Positions 27,523-38,492 of a DNA stretch of 64,000 nt are shown here, in pieces; within the stretch, counting starts at the first letter, position 1; every line of letters begins with the position of its first letter. The stretch spans positions 24,620 through 88,619 of the forward strand of contig JADLEV010000048.1 of the NCBI GenBank assembly GCA_020845935.1. The letters are read 5' to 3'. Under the pieces are notes generated by a model. It worked only from the letters and a program-made list of their open reading frames with translations. It ran no database searches and was not told the origin of the DNA. This DNA is from Gammaproteobacteria bacterium (GTDB taxonomy: Bacteria; Pseudomonadota; Gammaproteobacteria; Ga0077536). The position numbers and the translations under genes are program-made.

Positions 27523-27971
27523 TTCCCATCCGTTCGTGGCTGGTCTCGGCGGTCGTGCTGCAGGATGGCCGCAGACAACCGCGGACGCTGTTGCTGCAGC
27601 GCGCCAAGGCGGCGATGTACGGCGAGTGGAGTTATGTCGCGGGCAGTGTCGAAACCGGAGAGACTGCGCCGCAGGCAATTCGGCGCGAGCTGATCGAGGA
27701 AACCGGGCTGGTGCCGCGCCGACTCTACAGTGCGGATTTCTGCGAACAATTCTATGAAGCGCAACGCGCCAGCATCTGCATCGTGCCGGCCTTCGTCGCC
27801 TTCGTCGATCCACAGGCAGCCATCACGCTGAATACGGAACACGACGACTGGCGCTGGGTCAGCCTCTCGCAGGCGATCGATCTCGTCCCATTCGGCGGCC
27901 AACGGCGGCTGTTTGAACACGTCCGGGAGAATTTTATTCGCCGGCCGCCAGCGTGCTGGCTCGAGGTCTGA
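27519..27971 (+). CDS. NUDIX hydrolase
   Basis: NUDIX box GSVETGETAPQAIRRELIEETGL. The GTG start at 27519 overlaps the TonB TGA (GTGA). 150 aa. Confidence 0.8.
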   Translation: MIPIRSWLVSAVVLQDGRRQPRTLLLQRAKAAMYGEWSYVAGSVETGETAPQAIRRELIEETGLVPRRLYSADFCEQFYEAQRASICIVPAFVAFVDPQAAITLNTEHDDWRWVSLSQAIDLVPFGGQRRLFEHVRENFIRRPPACWLEV

Positions 27972-28094
27972 GTCGGCGAATCGACACGATGCCCTCCCGT
28001 GACGGCCGGATGGTCGCGCCGGGCGCCAAGCAAAGGCATGTGACGATTTGATGACACGAAGCCGCCGGGGCATCCGTGTGCTGACAGGTGCGGG

Positions 28095-29492
28095 CTAGCG
28101 GTCGTTCCGTTTCACGTGCCGCATCAGCCGCCGGCGCCTGTTGATCTGCCGCGGCGTCAGTTCATTGCGGCGGCCGGCGTAGGGATTCTCGCCCTGACGA
28201 AACTCGATCCGGACCGGTGTGCCGACCAGCCGCAACGCGCGTCGGAAGTAGCCTTCGAGATAGCGCCGGTAGGCGGCGGGCACCGACTCGGTCTGGTTGC
28301 CGTGGATGACAATCGTCGGCGGATTGCGACCGCCGAGGTGCGCATAGCGCAGCTTGATGCGGCGACCCTGCACCAGCGGCGGCTGGTGCTCCGCGATCGC
28401 CCGCGCCAGGAGCTCCGACACGCGCGAGGTCGGCACCGCGATGCGCGCCGATCGATCGGCGGCATCGACGGCGGCGAACAGGTTGCCGACCCCCGATCCG
28501 TGCAGTGCCGAGATGTAGCGGGTCTCGGCAAAATCGATGAAGTGCAGGCGGCGCTCCAGCTCACTTTTGATCTGATTCTTCTCCGCCGGGCTCAGACCAT
28601 CCCACTTGTTCACCGCGATGACCAGCGCACGGCCACTGTCGAGCACCAGACCAAGCAGGCCCGCGTCCTGCTCGGTGATCCCCTCGCGGCCATCGAGCAA
28701 CAGGATCACGACATTGGCGCGATCGATCGCCTGCAATGCCGCGACCACACTGAACTTCTCCGCGGTCTCGTGGATGCGGCCGCGGCGGCGGATGCCGGCG
28801 GTATCGATCAACAGGTACTCACGCCCGTCCCGCTTGAACGGGATCGCGATGCTGTCGCGGGTCGTGCCCGGCAGATCGGCGGTAATGACCCGCTCCTCGC
28901 CGAGCATGCGATTCACCAGCGTCGATTTGCCGACGTTCGGCCGGCCGACGATCGCGACCTTGACCGCGTCGGTCTCGGCATCGTCGTCAGCCTCGAGTTC
29001 CCCGGGCATCCGCTCCGCCAGCAGTTCACCGAGCGCCGTGATGCCGCCGCCATGGCGCGCGGAGATCGGGATCGGCGCGCCGAAACCCAGCGCATGGAAG
29101 GACGCGCAGGCCAGATCGGGATCGCGATCATCGACCTTGTTGACGATCAGCAGGGTTCGTTCGCGCCACGGACGCAGCGCCTCGGCGAGTCGCAGATCGG
29201 CACCGGTCGGTTCGGTGCCGGCATCGACCACGAACAGCACGCAGTCGGCTTCGGCGACCGCACGCATGGCCTGGCGGTGGATGTCGCCGGCGAGCGGCGA
29301 TTCATCCTCGAACACGCCACCGGTATCGATTACGGTATAGCCCGAGGCGCCGACCCGGCCGATGCCGAACTTGCGATCCCGGGTCAGCCCGGGACTATCC
29401 GCGACCAGGGCGTCGCGGCTGCGGGTCAGCCGATTGAACAGCGTCGATTTGCCGACGTTGGGCCGACCAACGATCGCGACGATATACTGCAT
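28095..29492 (-). CDS. der: ribosome-associated GTPase Der (EngA)
   Basis: Two tandem G domains, each with [10 protein letters not shown], plus a KH-like C-terminus. Confidence 0.95.
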   Translation of the reverse strand: MQYIVAIVGRPNVGKSTLFNRLTRSRDALVADSPGLTRDRKFGIGRVGASGYTVIDTGGVFEDESPLAGDIHRQAMRAVAEADCVLFVVDAGTEPTGADLRLAEALRPWRERTLLIVNKVDDRDPDLACASFHALGFGAPIPISARHGGGITALGELLAERMPGELEADDDAETDAVKVAIVGRPNVGKSTLVNRMLGEERVITADLPGTTRDSIAIPFKRDGREYLLIDTAGIRRRGRIHETAEKFSVVAALQAIDRANVVILLLDGREGITEQDAGLLGLVLDSGRALVIAVNKWDGLSPAEKNQIKSELERRLHFIDFAETRYISALHGSGVGNLFAAVDAADRSARIAVPTSRVSELLARAIAEHQPPLVQGRRIKLRYAHLGGRNPPTIVIHGNQTESVPAAYRRYLEGYFRRALRLVGTPVRIEFRQGENPYAGRRNELTPRQINRRRRLMRHVKRNDR

Positions 29493-29510
29493 GTCGCGAG
29501 CCGCGGTCCG

Positions 29511-30683
29511 CTACGGCAGACCGAGCGCGGCGATCCGGCCGGTACTGCCGTACACCACCACCCGCTCGCCGAACACCTGCGGCGGCGCGATGATGCGGTC
29601 GTCGCCGACCCGGCTGCGGGCCACAAACCGGCCGTCGTCGGCCGCGAGCCAATGCAGAAAGCCTTCGAGATCGGCGACCACGACGTAGCCGCCGAGCACC
29701 GCTGGCTGGCTGACCTGGCGCGCGGTCAGCGCATCCTGCTTCCACAGCGAGGCGCCGGTCTCGCGATCGAGCGCCCAGACATGACCGGTCTGTTCGGTGA
29801 CGTAGACGCGGCGTTCGTCGATCGCGACGCCGACGCTGGTGGAAATCTCGCGGGTCCAGAGAATCTCGCCACTGTCGAGTGCGACCGCGGCGACCTGGCC
29901 CTGATAACTCGCAACATAGATCGTATCGCCGGAGACGACCGGCGCCGCGTCGATGTCGATCATCCGATCGAGATCGGTGCGGCCTTTCGGAATCGCGATG
30001 CGGGCCTCCCACAGCAGCTTGCCGTTACCGGCATCGAGCGCGACCAGGTGACCGCCGTCGAAGCCGACGATGACGCGGCCGGACGCGAGCACCGGTGCGC
30101 TGGTGCCGTGCAGCGACAGCGCAGGAACCGGGCGATCGTAGCTCCACAGGCGGCTGCCGGAGGCCAGATCGAGGCCGAACACATGGCCGTCACCGCTGCG
30201 CACCACGGCGATGCGTTCGCCGATCACGGCCGGCGCCAGCACTTCGCTGCCGACCGGAACCCGCCAGCGCTCGGTGCCGTCGTCGCGGTCGAGCGCGATG
30301 ACTTCGCCGCCGGCGGTGCCGACGACGATGCTGCCGGCGCCGGCAGCAATCGCCCCGGTAATCTCGGCCTGTTTGACGCCGCGGTTCCAGTGGCGCTTGC
30401 CGCTGCTCAGATCGAACGCCGCCACCTCGGCGTCGCGGCTCGCGGCATAGACGATGCCGTCGACCGCGGCCGGGATCAGCCGGACGAAATTCTTGTCGGC
30501 ACCGGATCCGATCGAGCCGGACCAGTAGGTCCGCGGCTTCAGCTCGGGCTCGAAATCGACCAGTTCGGCCGGCGGGATCGCGGTGCTCTTGTCGCCGAAC
30601 CATTTGCCCATCGTTTCGCAACCGGCGATACCAAGGCAAAGGAGCAGCAGCAGCGGACGCGACAGCATGGAGCAGGACTTCAT
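29511..30683 (-). CDS. bamB: outer-membrane protein assembly factor BamB
   Basis: Lipobox LGIAGC, PQQ-like beta-propeller repeats, and the conserved position between yfgM and der. Confidence 0.9.
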   Translation of the reverse strand: MKSCSMLSRPLLLLLCLGIAGCETMGKWFGDKSTAIPPAELVDFEPELKPRTYWSGSIGSGADKNFVRLIPAAVDGIVYAASRDAEVAAFDLSSGKRHWNRGVKQAEITGAIAAGAGSIVVGTAGGEVIALDRDDGTERWRVPVGSEVLAPAVIGERIAVVRSGDGHVFGLDLASGSRLWSYDRPVPALSLHGTSAPVLASGRVIVGFDGGHLVALDAGNGKLLWEARIAIPKGRTDLDRMIDIDAAPVVSGDTIYVASYQGQVAAVALDSGEILWTREISTSVGVAIDERRVYVTEQTGHVWALDRETGASLWKQDALTARQVSQPAVLGGYVVVADLEGFLHWLAADDGRFVARSRVGDDRIIAPPQVFGERVVVYGSTGRIAALGLP

Positions 30684-30690
30684 CGCGCGG

Positions 30691-31344
30691 TCACGGCGTG
30701 GTGGCGGTCGCGGCGAGCGGCGCGGGCAGACTGTCCAGCTTCAACTGCAGCACGTTCTGGTTGCCGCCGTCGGCCGCACCTTTCGCCAGCGCACCCAGAT
30801 ACGCCAGCCGTGCCTCGTCCACCTTGCCCTGGGCGGCGAGCACATCGCCGCGGATCTCGAGGAATGCATCCACGATCGTCAGGCCGCCGCGCTCGAGCTC
30901 GGCCCAGGCCTCCTCGGCGCGTCCCTCGGCCAGCAGCGTCTCGGCAATCCGGGCGACCGCGATCTGCTTCAGCTCGGTGGCATTGGCATGCGCCGCCACC
31001 CAGTGCAGCCGTTGCCGTGCCTCATCGTGGTTCTTCTGCAGCACCGCAGCCTTGGCCAACAGCAGCGCCGCCAGCGTCGCATAGCTCGACTCGCCATGAT
31101 TCGCCAGGATCTGCTCGCCGATCTGCTTCGCTTCGTCGATCTTGTCCTGCTGCAGCGCCTGATTCAGCAGATCGAAACTGAGCCCGGCCTGCTCCGCGGC
31201 CGCAACCTTCCGGGCTTCGTAGTAACGCCAGCCGGACAACCCGCCCAGTCCCAGTGCGAGACCAAGCATCAGCGCCGTGCCGTTGTCGGCCCACCAGCGC
31301 TTGACCTTCTCGAGTTGTTCCTGTTCCGTTTCGTAATGACTCAC
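30691..31344 (-). CDS. yfgM: YfgM-family TPR membrane protein
   Basis: EQEQLEKVKRWWADNG followed by a single TM helix and a TPR-like domain. Located between hisS and bamB. Confidence 0.85.
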   Translation of the reverse strand: MSHYETEQEQLEKVKRWWADNGTALMLGLALGLGGLSGWRYYEARKVAAAEQAGLSFDLLNQALQQDKIDEAKQIGEQILANHGESSYATLAALLLAKAAVLQKNHDEARQRLHWVAAHANATELKQIAVARIAETLLAEGRAEEAWAELERGGLTIVDAFLEIRGDVLAAQGKVDEARLAYLGALAKGAADGGNQNVLQLKLDSLPAPLAATATTP

Positions 31345-31398
31345 CGACGCGCTCCTGAAGCTGCCGGCGGTATCTGCCGCGCGGCGAAAGGTTGGCGA

Positions 31399-32670
31399 TT
31401 ATACCCGAGCGAATTCGGCCTGCAGTCGGGCGACCACCGCATCGAGCGACAGCGCCTCCTGCGGTCGATCGGCGCGCAGATACTTGAGGCTGACCTCGCC
31501 GCGCGCGCATTCGTCGGCGCCAAGGATGAGACCGAGCGCGGCGCCGGAACGATCGGCGCGCTTCATTTGTGCCCGCAGGCTGCCACCACCGCAATGCAGC
31601 ACGATGCGCCGCCGCGGCAGCGCGTCACGCAGTTGCCCGGCCAACCGCAACGCCACCAGTTCCGCGGTGGCGTCGAGCGGCATCAGGTAGCAATCGGCGG
31701 CGGCTTCCCCGGGCGCGGGCGCGCCGGTGGCAAGTTCCAGCACCCGTTCGAGGCCGAGCGCGAAGCCGACCGCCGGTGTCGGTTTGCCGCCGAACTGCGC
31801 GACCAGGCCGTCGTAGCGACCGCCGGCGCAGATCGTGCCCTGGGCGCCGAGCTGATCGGTGACCCATTCGTAGACGGTATGGGTGTAGTAGTCGAGCCCC
31901 CGCACCAGGCGTGGGTTGTGGTGATACACGACTCCGGCGGCGTCGAGCAGGCGTCGCAGGTGGGCGTCATGCGCTCGCGATTCGGCACCGAGGTGCTGTT
32001 CGAACAACGGCGCGGCGGCGACCAGTTGCTGCAGCGCCGGATTCTTGCTGTCGAGAATCCGCAGCGGATTGCGCTCGAGCCGACTCCGACTGTCGTCGTC
32101 GAGCTCGGCTTCATGGCGCCGGAAATAGTCCTGCAACTCGCGGCGATACTGCTGCCGCTCGTCCGGCGTGCCGAGCGAATTGATTTCGAGGCGAACCGCA
32201 TCGATGCCGAGCGCGCGCCAGAGCCGCGCGCTCAGCGTGATCAGCTCGGCATCGATATCCGGGCCCGGAAAGCCGAACGCCTCGACGCCGATCTGATGAA
32301 ACTGGCGATAGCGCCCCTTCTGCGGCCGCTCGTGGCGAAACATCGGTCCCTGATACCAGAGCCGTTGCGGCTGTTGCAGCAGGCCGTGCTGCAATGCGGC
32401 GCGGACGCAGCTTGCGGTGCCTTCCGGCCGCAGGCTGAGTTCATCGCCATTGCGATCGGTGAAGGTGTACATCTCCTTCTGCACGATATCGGTCAGGTCA
32501 CCGATCGAGCGCTGGAACAGCTCGGTCCGCTCCAGCAGCGGCAACCGGATTTCGTGGTAACCGCAGCCGGCGATGACCTCGCGGATGGTCTGTTCGAGCC
32601 AATGCCAGCGACCGCTGTCGGCCGGCAGGATGTCGCTGATGCCGCGGACTGCCTGTAGCGGCGCGCTCAT
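31399..32670 (-). CDS. hisS: histidine--tRNA ligase
   Basis: 423 aa starting at the ATG at 32670. [23 protein letters not shown] and GGGRYDGL class II motifs. The track ORF's upstream 189 codons overlap rodZ and are discarded. Confidence 0.93.
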   Translation of the reverse strand: MSAPLQAVRGISDILPADSGRWHWLEQTIREVIAGCGYHEIRLPLLERTELFQRSIGDLTDIVQKEMYTFTDRNGDELSLRPEGTASCVRAALQHGLLQQPQRLWYQGPMFRHERPQKGRYRQFHQIGVEAFGFPGPDIDAELITLSARLWRALGIDAVRLEINSLGTPDERQQYRRELQDYFRRHEAELDDDSRSRLERNPLRILDSKNPALQQLVAAAPLFEQHLGAESRAHDAHLRRLLDAAGVVYHHNPRLVRGLDYYTHTVYEWVTDQLGAQGTICAGGRYDGLVAQFGGKPTPAVGFALGLERVLELATGAPAPGEAAADCYLMPLDATAELVALRLAGQLRDALPRRRIVLHCGGGSLRAQMKRADRSGAALGLILGADECARGEVSLKYLRADRPQEALSLDAVVARLQAEFARV

Positions 32671-33632
32671 TCGACGGACTCCACCGGTGGTGCGCCGAGG
32701 GTGAGGCGGGCGACGCCCAGGCGTTCGTAGGCGGTCAAATCGATGTGCTTGCCACCGAACGACAGACGCACACCGCCGGTATTGCCGATCACCAGTTGAT
32801 AGGGTGGCTGTCCCGCTACCGCGACGGTCTGGCCAGCCCGGGCCGTGTCGTAGTACAGACGTTCGCCACGCGCATCCGAGATGCTGATCCAGACGTCCTG
32901 CGACAGTTCCAGGGTGACGTTGCCGGGCTGGGCGGACGCGGCCGGCGGCACGGGCGAAACCGGTTCGGTCGTTGCAGGCGCTGCGCCCACGCTGTTCGCC
33001 GGCGGCGGTGCCGGCGGCGGCTCGGCGGGCGTCATGACTCCGGCCGTGCCCATGTCCGGTGCCGCGACCTCGGCTTGCACTTGATCTGGACCACCTGGCG
33101 GCACTCCTTCCGGCGTGATGCCCTGCTCGGGCATCGCGCCGACGCTCAACGGTTCGTTCGGCGCGGGCAGATCGAATGCATCCGCAGCAGACGGTGGCGG
33201 CGTCCGGACCTCCGCTGGCACGTAGTAATTCCGCCACCAGATAGCGACCAGCGCCAGCAGCGTGAGCACCAACCCCGTGGTGATGAAACGCACCCGCAGA
33301 CTGCTGCTGGTCAACTGGATCGCCGGGCGACTGGCGAAACCGACCAGCTTCGGATCCTCAATGTGGGCGCGTTCCTGCTCGTAGGCCGCCAGCAGCGCCG
33401 CGGCATCGACGCCGAGCTGTTTCGCGATCGAGCGCAGGTAACCCTTGACGTACAGCGGCGGTGGCAGCGCAGCGTAGTCACCGCGCTCCAGCGCGTCGAT
33501 TATCTTCACATCGAGATTGATCAGGTGCGCGAGCCCCTGTGGTTCGAGCCGTGCCGCCTCGCGCACGGCTCGCAGGCGCGCGCCGAGCGTCGACGCGGCG
33601 GTGCCGCCGGCAGGCTCGCTGGCCGCGGTCAT
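32667..33632 (-). CDS. rodZ: cytoskeleton protein RodZ (HTH plus TM)
   Basis: N-terminal HTH ([25 protein letters not shown]), a TM helix, a Pro-rich linker and a C-terminal beta domain. There are 4-nt overlaps with pilW (upstream) and hisS (downstream). Confidence 0.85.
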   Translation of the reverse strand: MTAASEPAGGTAASTLGARLRAVREAARLEPQGLAHLINLDVKIIDALERGDYAALPPPLYVKGYLRSIAKQLGVDAAALLAAYEQERAHIEDPKLVGFASRPAIQLTSSSLRVRFITTGLVLTLLALVAIWWRNYYVPAEVRTPPPSAADAFDLPAPNEPLSVGAMPEQGITPEGVPPGGPDQVQAEVAAPDMGTAGVMTPAEPPPAPPPANSVGAAPATTEPVSPVPPAASAQPGNVTLELSQDVWISISDARGERLYYDTARAGQTVAVAGQPPYQLVIGNTGGVRLSFGGKHIDLTAYERLGVARLTLGAPPVESVE

Positions 33633-34402
33633 CGCGCCTCCGTGCGCGATTCGAGCAGCAGGCGAGTTTCCTGCGAGTCCGGGAAATCCCGCTGCAACCG
33701 CTGCTCGTAACGGCCGAGTGCGTCCCGATCGCCGAGCGCGCGTTCTATCCGGATGCCCAGCCACAGCGAGGCCGGCGTATGTGCCGCTTCGGCCTCGAAG
33801 CGTTGCAGATAGCCGCGCGCCGGCAACGGCCGATCCAGCTCGAAGCTGAGGCGCGCCATCTGCAGCAGCGCCGGCGGCAGCGTCGCATCGATCTGCAGCG
33901 CCTGACGGAAACGCGCCTCCGCCTTGGTGCGATCGCCACTCTGCAGCAGGCAGGTGCCGGCGTTGCTGTGTGCAATCTCCGGGGTCTGATAGACCGGATT
34001 TGCCGCAGCACGGTCAAACAGGACCAGCGCCTCATCGACCCGCGTGCGCTGGCAGAGAAACAGACCGAAGTTGTTGAGCGTCGCGGAATCGTTCGGCGCG
34101 AGTTGCAACGAACGGCGATAGTGGCGCTCGGCATCGTCGAACTCCCGCACCTGTGCGTACAGCATGCCGAGCGCGGTATGCACCGGCGCATAGTTCGGTG
34201 CCAGCTCGGCCGCCTCCTGCAGTCGAGCGAGCGCGATGTCCTCGCGACCCTCACGCAGATACTCGACGCCCAGATTGGTCTTGATCTCGGCAAGCCGGGC
34301 GTCGTCGCTCTGCATCCTGGTGCTGCGCTGTGGCGTACCGCCGCAGCCGGCCAACAGCAGTAACAGCGCCAAGCCGGCCGCATCGCGGCGCCAGGCCGTC
34401 AT
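33629..34402 (-). CDS. pilW: type IV pilus biogenesis/stability lipoprotein PilW (TPR)
   Basis: Lipobox LLLAGCGG and TPR repeats. Canonical position between rlmN and rodZ. Confidence 0.85.
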   Translation of the reverse strand: MTAWRRDAAGLALLLLLAGCGGTPQRSTRMQSDDARLAEIKTNLGVEYLREGREDIALARLQEAAELAPNYAPVHTALGMLYAQVREFDDAERHYRRSLQLAPNDSATLNNFGLFLCQRTRVDEALVLFDRAAANPVYQTPEIAHSNAGTCLLQSGDRTKAEARFRQALQIDATLPPALLQMARLSFELDRPLPARGYLQRFEAEAAHTPASLWLGIRIERALGDRDALGRYEQRLQRDFPDSQETRLLLESRTEAR

Positions 34403-35493
34403 GCGCGCAACGCCTCGCCGTCGGGGCGGCGCACGCCGCGTCGCGTGACCCGGCCGACCAACTGGCCGCAGGCGGCGTCGATATCCTCACCGCGGGTCTT
34501 GCGCGTCATCGTCAGGATCCGCGCCTGTTGCAGGATCTCGCGGAACTGATCGATCACCGGCGCCGGCGAACGCCGGTAGGCGGTGCCGGGAAACGGATTG
34601 AACGGGATCAGATTGACCTTGGCCGGTTTGCCACGCAGCAGTCGCGCCAGTTGCTGCGCCTGCGCCGGCGCGTCGTTGACGCCATCGAGCATCGTGTACT
34701 CGAACGTGATGTGGTCGATGTCCGCCGCCATGACATAACGCCAGCAGGCATCAAGCAAGGAGGCGATCGGATACTTGCGATTGACCGGCATCAGCCGCTC
34801 GCGCAGTGCGTCGTCGGGGGCATGCAGTGACACCGCGAGACTGACCGGACACAGCGTCGCCAGGCGGTCGATCTCCGGCACGATGCCGGAGGTGCTGAGC
34901 GTGACGCGCCGACGCGCGAAGCCCCAGCCGTTGTCATCGCACAGCACGCGCAGTGCCACGGCGACGTTGTCCAGATTCTGCAGCGGTTCGCCCATGCCCA
35001 TCAGCACGACGTTGGTGATCCGCCGCGAACCCGACTTGAGCGAACCGAGGTCGCGCGCCGCCAGCCAGACCTGACCGAGAATCTCGCCCGGCGTCAAATC
35101 GCGGCTATAGCCCTGTTGCGCAGTGGAACAGAAGCGGCAGTTCATCGCGCAACCGGCCTGCGACGAGATGCACAGCGTGCCGCGCCCCTCTTCCGGAATG
35201 AACACGGTCTCGACCGCGTTGCCGGCGTCGACCCGCAGCAGCCACTTCTCGGTACCGTCCGCCGATTGCTGGCGCGTCACTAACTCCGGCAGCCGGATGG
35301 TCGCGTGTTCCTGCAAATGGGCGCGCAGCGCCTTGCTCAGGTCGGTCATCTGCGTGAAGTCGGTGACACCGAGTTGATGCACCCATTTCTGCACCTGGGT
35401 CGCGCGATAGGAGCGTTCGCCCAGTGCTTCGAAGTAGCGGACGAGTCCGGCGTGATCGAAGTCGAGCAGATTGACGGGGGCGCTGGCGGACAT
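34399..35493 (-). CDS. rlmN: 23S rRNA/tRNA m2A methyltransferase RlmN (radical SAM)
   Basis: Radical-SAM cluster motif [11 protein letters not shown]. The N-terminus [12 protein letters not shown] is typical. Confidence 0.93.
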   Translation of the reverse strand: MSASAPVNLLDFDHAGLVRYFEALGERSYRATQVQKWVHQLGVTDFTQMTDLSKALRAHLQEHATIRLPELVTRQQSADGTEKWLLRVDAGNAVETVFIPEEGRGTLCISSQAGCAMNCRFCSTAQQGYSRDLTPGEILGQVWLAARDLGSLKSGSRRITNVVLMGMGEPLQNLDNVAVALRVLCDDNGWGFARRRVTLSTSGIVPEIDRLATLCPVSLAVSLHAPDDALRERLMPVNRKYPIASLLDACWRYVMAADIDHITFEYTMLDGVNDAPAQAQQLARLLRGKPAKVNLIPFNPFPGTAYRRSPAPVIDQFREILQQARILTMTRKTRGEDIDAACGQLVGRVTRRGVRRPDGEALRA

Positions 35494-35504
35494 CGGTCTG
35501 CGGT

Positions 35505-35933
35505 TCAGCCGCGCGGGCAGATCTCGTCGTCGCGGAAGAAAAACGCAATCTCCTGGCGCGCGGTTTCCGGCGCGTCGGAGCCATGCACCGCATTCTCGGT
35601 GATGCTGTGCGCGAAGTCGGCGCGGATCGTCCCCGGCGCCGCCTTGGCGGGATCGGTGGCACCCATGATCTCGCGGTTGCGCGCGATCGCGTTGTCGCCT
35701 TCGAGCACCTGCACCATGATCGGCCCGTTGCTCATGAACTCGACCAGCTCGCCAAAGAACGGCCGGGCGCGATGGACCGCGTAGAACGCTTCGGCGCGCT
35801 CGCGCGACAGCTGCAGCATCCGCGCCGCGACGATGCGCAGACCACCGGCCTCGAAGCGTTGCAGGATGCCGCCGATGTGATTGGCGGCAACCGAGCTGGG
35901 TTTGATGATTGACAAGGTTCTTTCAACGGCCAT
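35505..35933 (-). CDS. ndk: nucleoside-diphosphate kinase
   Basis: [12 protein letters not shown]... and NAVHGSD with the active-site His. 142 aa. Confidence 0.95.
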   Translation of the reverse strand: MAVERTLSIIKPSSVAANHIGGILQRFEAGGLRIVAARMLQLSRERAEAFYAVHRARPFFGELVEFMSNGPIMVQVLEGDNAIARNREIMGATDPAKAAPGTIRADFAHSITENAVHGSDAPETARQEIAFFFRDDEICPRG

Positions 35934-35970
35934 GAGCGTGTTTTTCCTGTAAGTTCAATGGAATGCGCGG

Positions 35971-35976
35971 ATTATA
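35971..35976 (-). promoter_or_regulatory. candidate ndk -10 element (perfect TATAAT on minus strand)
   Basis: The plus strand reads ATTATA at 35971-35976, about 38 nt upstream of the ndk ATG. The -35 is weak (TGGCGC, 17-nt spacer). Sequence-only prediction. Confidence 0.35.
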
Positions 35977-36041
35977 GAGAAGCGATCGCAGAGGCGCCAC
36001 CGACCAGAAGGGTCAGGCGCGGGTCGGCAGCTGCCGGCGGG

Positions 36042-36782
36042 TCACCAGCGCTTCAGAATCCGGGCCGTGCGCAGCGTCGAGTCACATTTCACCAGCGAGC
36101 AATCGAGCTGCCGCACGACCGGCAGCCGATGCCAGGGGTCGAGGGTCGACCACCCGGCGTAGCTGCAATTGCCTTCACCAATCCAGATTTCGACGTTGCT
36201 GAGCGCGAGTTCGGCCAGCGTCAGTTCGCAAAGTGAGTGCTTGCGCTGCGGTTCGGGGCTGGTGATGACGCGCAGATTCACGCCCTTGATCGACAGCGTT
36301 TGCGGCTGTGGTTCGGCCGGCCGCAGCAAGCGCATGACGCCGGTCGCGATGCGCAGCCCCTTCGGCCGCTCGTAGTACATCGCCAGGACGTCGTCCTGGC
36401 GCACGAACTCAATGTGGCCGATCTTCTTCGGAAAGCCGTAGATCTCGCGCCCGGCCAGCAACGGTACCGCTTCGGTCACCGCGAGCTGCGGAAAATACAG
36501 GCACGCCTCGCCCTCGAACGTGACATTGATGCCCTGCAACAGTTCGAAATAAGGCCCGCCGGTCGACCATTCGAAGTCATTGAATATCAGCGTCGCCGTG
36601 ACCGGCTCCGGCAGCGCCAAGCCCTGCGGCACCAGTGCGGCCGCGGCGTCCGGATCGGTTTCGTAATTGAACGTGTACGACTTGACCCCGCGCCAGAACG
36701 GCGGCTTGTCGACGAACGCCGGTGCATCGACCGGCATCGTCATGCCCAGCAGCGTCGGATCCAGTTGCCCAACTCGAGCCAT
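36042..36782 (-). CDS. acetoacetate decarboxylase (ADC) family protein
   Basis: 246 aa. The LIFNDFEWSTGGPYFELLQGINV...REIYGFPKK pattern fits the ADC family as I recall it. Confidence 0.7.
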   Translation of the reverse strand: MARVGQLDPTLLGMTMPVDAPAFVDKPPFWRGVKSYTFNYETDPDAAAALVPQGLALPEPVTATLIFNDFEWSTGGPYFELLQGINVTFEGEACLYFPQLAVTEAVPLLAGREIYGFPKKIGHIEFVRQDDVLAMYYERPKGLRIATGVMRLLRPAEPQPQTLSIKGVNLRVITSPEPQRKHSLCELTLAELALSNVEIWIGEGNCSYAGWSTLDPWHRLPVVRQLDCSLVKCDSTLRTARILKRW

Positions 36783-36990
36783 GTGCAGTCCTCCTGTTTC
36801 GCCGGACCACAGTGTATCCCTGTCGCCGCGCGGGGTGCATGACCTGCAGGCCGCGGCGAACGCAGCGGCCGGCGCCCGACCCGGTCGGCTTGCCGACGAA
36901 TTGTTCGCATTCGATCATCGGGTGTACTCTTGCCCCGGCCCGCACGCGCGCGGCGCGGCGTGATCCCCTTTACGGCATGGACTCCAAGAC

Positions 36991-37680
36991 ATGATCCGCA
37001 GACGGCCGCAGTTTCACCCCAGCAAGGCGGCCCGCGTCATCGGTGCGGCTTCGATGCTCGCGTTCGTGTTGACCGTGGCGGCCGATCCGGACCTGGATCG
37101 GATCGAGGCGCGCCTGATTCAGCTGGAGCGGGAACTCGCGGTGCCGGCGACGATTCTTGCCGTCGCGATTTCGCCCACGGACGCCGTGGTGCAGATCAAT
37201 GGCGTCACGGTACAGCACGGGCAGCCGCTGCCGTTCACCGCGAATCAGGCGCTGCAGCTTCAGGCCGGTGGCGACAAGCTCAAACCCTTCACGGCAACGC
37301 TGACACCAGTCGCCGAGCAGACCCGGCTCGAGCTGGCGTTGTGCCCAGCAACGATTCAGGAGGAATACCTCTACCAGCCACCGGACAAGGTGACGACCGA
37401 GAACGCCGGCACCGCCGAGCACCGCACCGAAAGCGCCTGCCCGGAAGCAATCGAGGAGCAGCGCCGGATGGCCGATCAGGCCTGTGCCGCGACGTATCCG
37501 GGGGCGACCCGCAATCCGAACAAGACGTTCTCGATGCAGCAACCGCTGTTCGCGACCGAGACCCCGTTCTGCATCGTCGGCGCGGCGTGCATCATCCGCA
37601 AGAGCGAAACTCCGGAAAAGGTGAAACGGCTGCGCGACGTCGACAACACGCGCTGCACCGCACGCGCGGAGCTGCACTGA
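36991..37680 (+). CDS. exported protein, PEGA-like beta domain plus six-Cys C-terminal region
   Basis: Signal/anchor VIGAASMLAFVLTVAA. AISPTDAVVQINGVTVQHGQPLPF...LELAL resembles PEGA (tentative). The C-terminal 110 aa contain 6 Cys. Its stop overlaps the next ATG (TGATG). Confidence 0.6.
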   Translation: MIRRRPQFHPSKAARVIGAASMLAFVLTVAADPDLDRIEARLIQLERELAVPATILAVAISPTDAVVQINGVTVQHGQPLPFTANQALQLQAGGDKLKPFTATLTPVAEQTRLELALCPATIQEEYLYQPPDKVTTENAGTAEHRTESACPEAIEEQRRMADQACAATYPGATRNPNKTFSMQQPLFATETPFCIVGAACIIRKSETPEKVKRLRDVDNTRCTARAELH

Positions 37681-38492
37681 TGCCGGTCGCCGCCGAGCCG
37701 CTCGCCGCGCATCAGGTCGATACCGTCACAACCCGACCGTCCCGTGCCGGCCGGGTCGCGGCAGGACAAAGCCGCGGCGCGCGGGATGACCAGGAGGACA
37801 TCTACGGGCTGCTCGCAGCGGACGATGCCGCGGCCGGCATGCCGCTGCTGGTGCTTGCCGACGGCATGGGCGGCCATGCCGGCGGCACCACCGCCAGCAA
37901 CGTCGCCGTCCAGGCCGCGGTCGACGCGTGGCGCAACAGCACCGGAACCACGCTGGAGCGGCTGCACCAGGTGCTCGCTGCCGCCAACGCCGCGATTGCC
38001 GGCGCGATCGCGCGCGACGAGCGCCTCGCCGGCAGCGGCGCCACCTTCGTCACCGTGGCAATCGGCACCAACGGCGCCCACTGGATCAGTGTCGGCGATT
38101 CGCCGCTCTGGCTGGTCCGGGATGGCTGGCTGCAACGGCTGAATGCCGATCACTCGATGGTTCCGGTATTCGCGGCGCTGGTGGCCGAGGGCGCGATGAG
38201 CGCGGCGGACGCCCGCACCGACCCCAAGCGGCACATCCTGCGCTCGGCGCTGACCGGCGGCCCGATCAAGCTGATCGACGCCTCCGCGGTGCCGCTGCGC
38301 GCCGGCGATCGGCTGCTGCTCGCCAGCGACGGTCTGCTCTCGCTCGGCGAGGATCGCATCGCGGCGATCCTCGATGGCCCGGCAGCGGTTACTGCCGAAC
38401 TGGCGGTACCGGCGCTGCTCCAGGCGATCGAGCAATGTGCCGCACCGAACCAGGACAACACGACCATCCTGCTGTTCGCTCCGGAGGACTGA
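37680..38492 (+). CDS. PP2C-family Ser/Thr phosphatase
   Basis: DQEDIYG, LADGMGGHAGG, VGDSPLW and LLLASDGL are present. 270 aa starting at the ATG at 37680 (residue 251 of track ORF 36930..). Confidence 0.85.
   Translation: MPVAAEPLAAHQVDTVTTRPSRAGRVAAGQSRGARDDQEDIYGLLAADDAAAGMPLLVLADGMGGHAGGTTASNVAVQAAVDAWRNSTGTTLERLHQVLAAANAAIAGAIARDERLAGSGATFVTVAIGTNGAHWISVGDSPLWLVRDGWLQRLNADHSMVPVFAALVAEGAMSAADARTDPKRHILRSALTGGPIKLIDASAVPLRAGDRLLLASDGLLSLGEDRIAAILDGPAAVTAELAVPALLQAIEQCAAPNQDNTTILLFAPED

Noticed and set aside
28116-31181. 1021-aa plus-strand ORF
   Set aside because: It lies exactly antisense to der, bamB and yfgM, which have unmistakable motifs. The translation is Arg/Ala/Gly-rich with no motifs. 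This is the typical stop-free shadow frame of GC3-rich genes.
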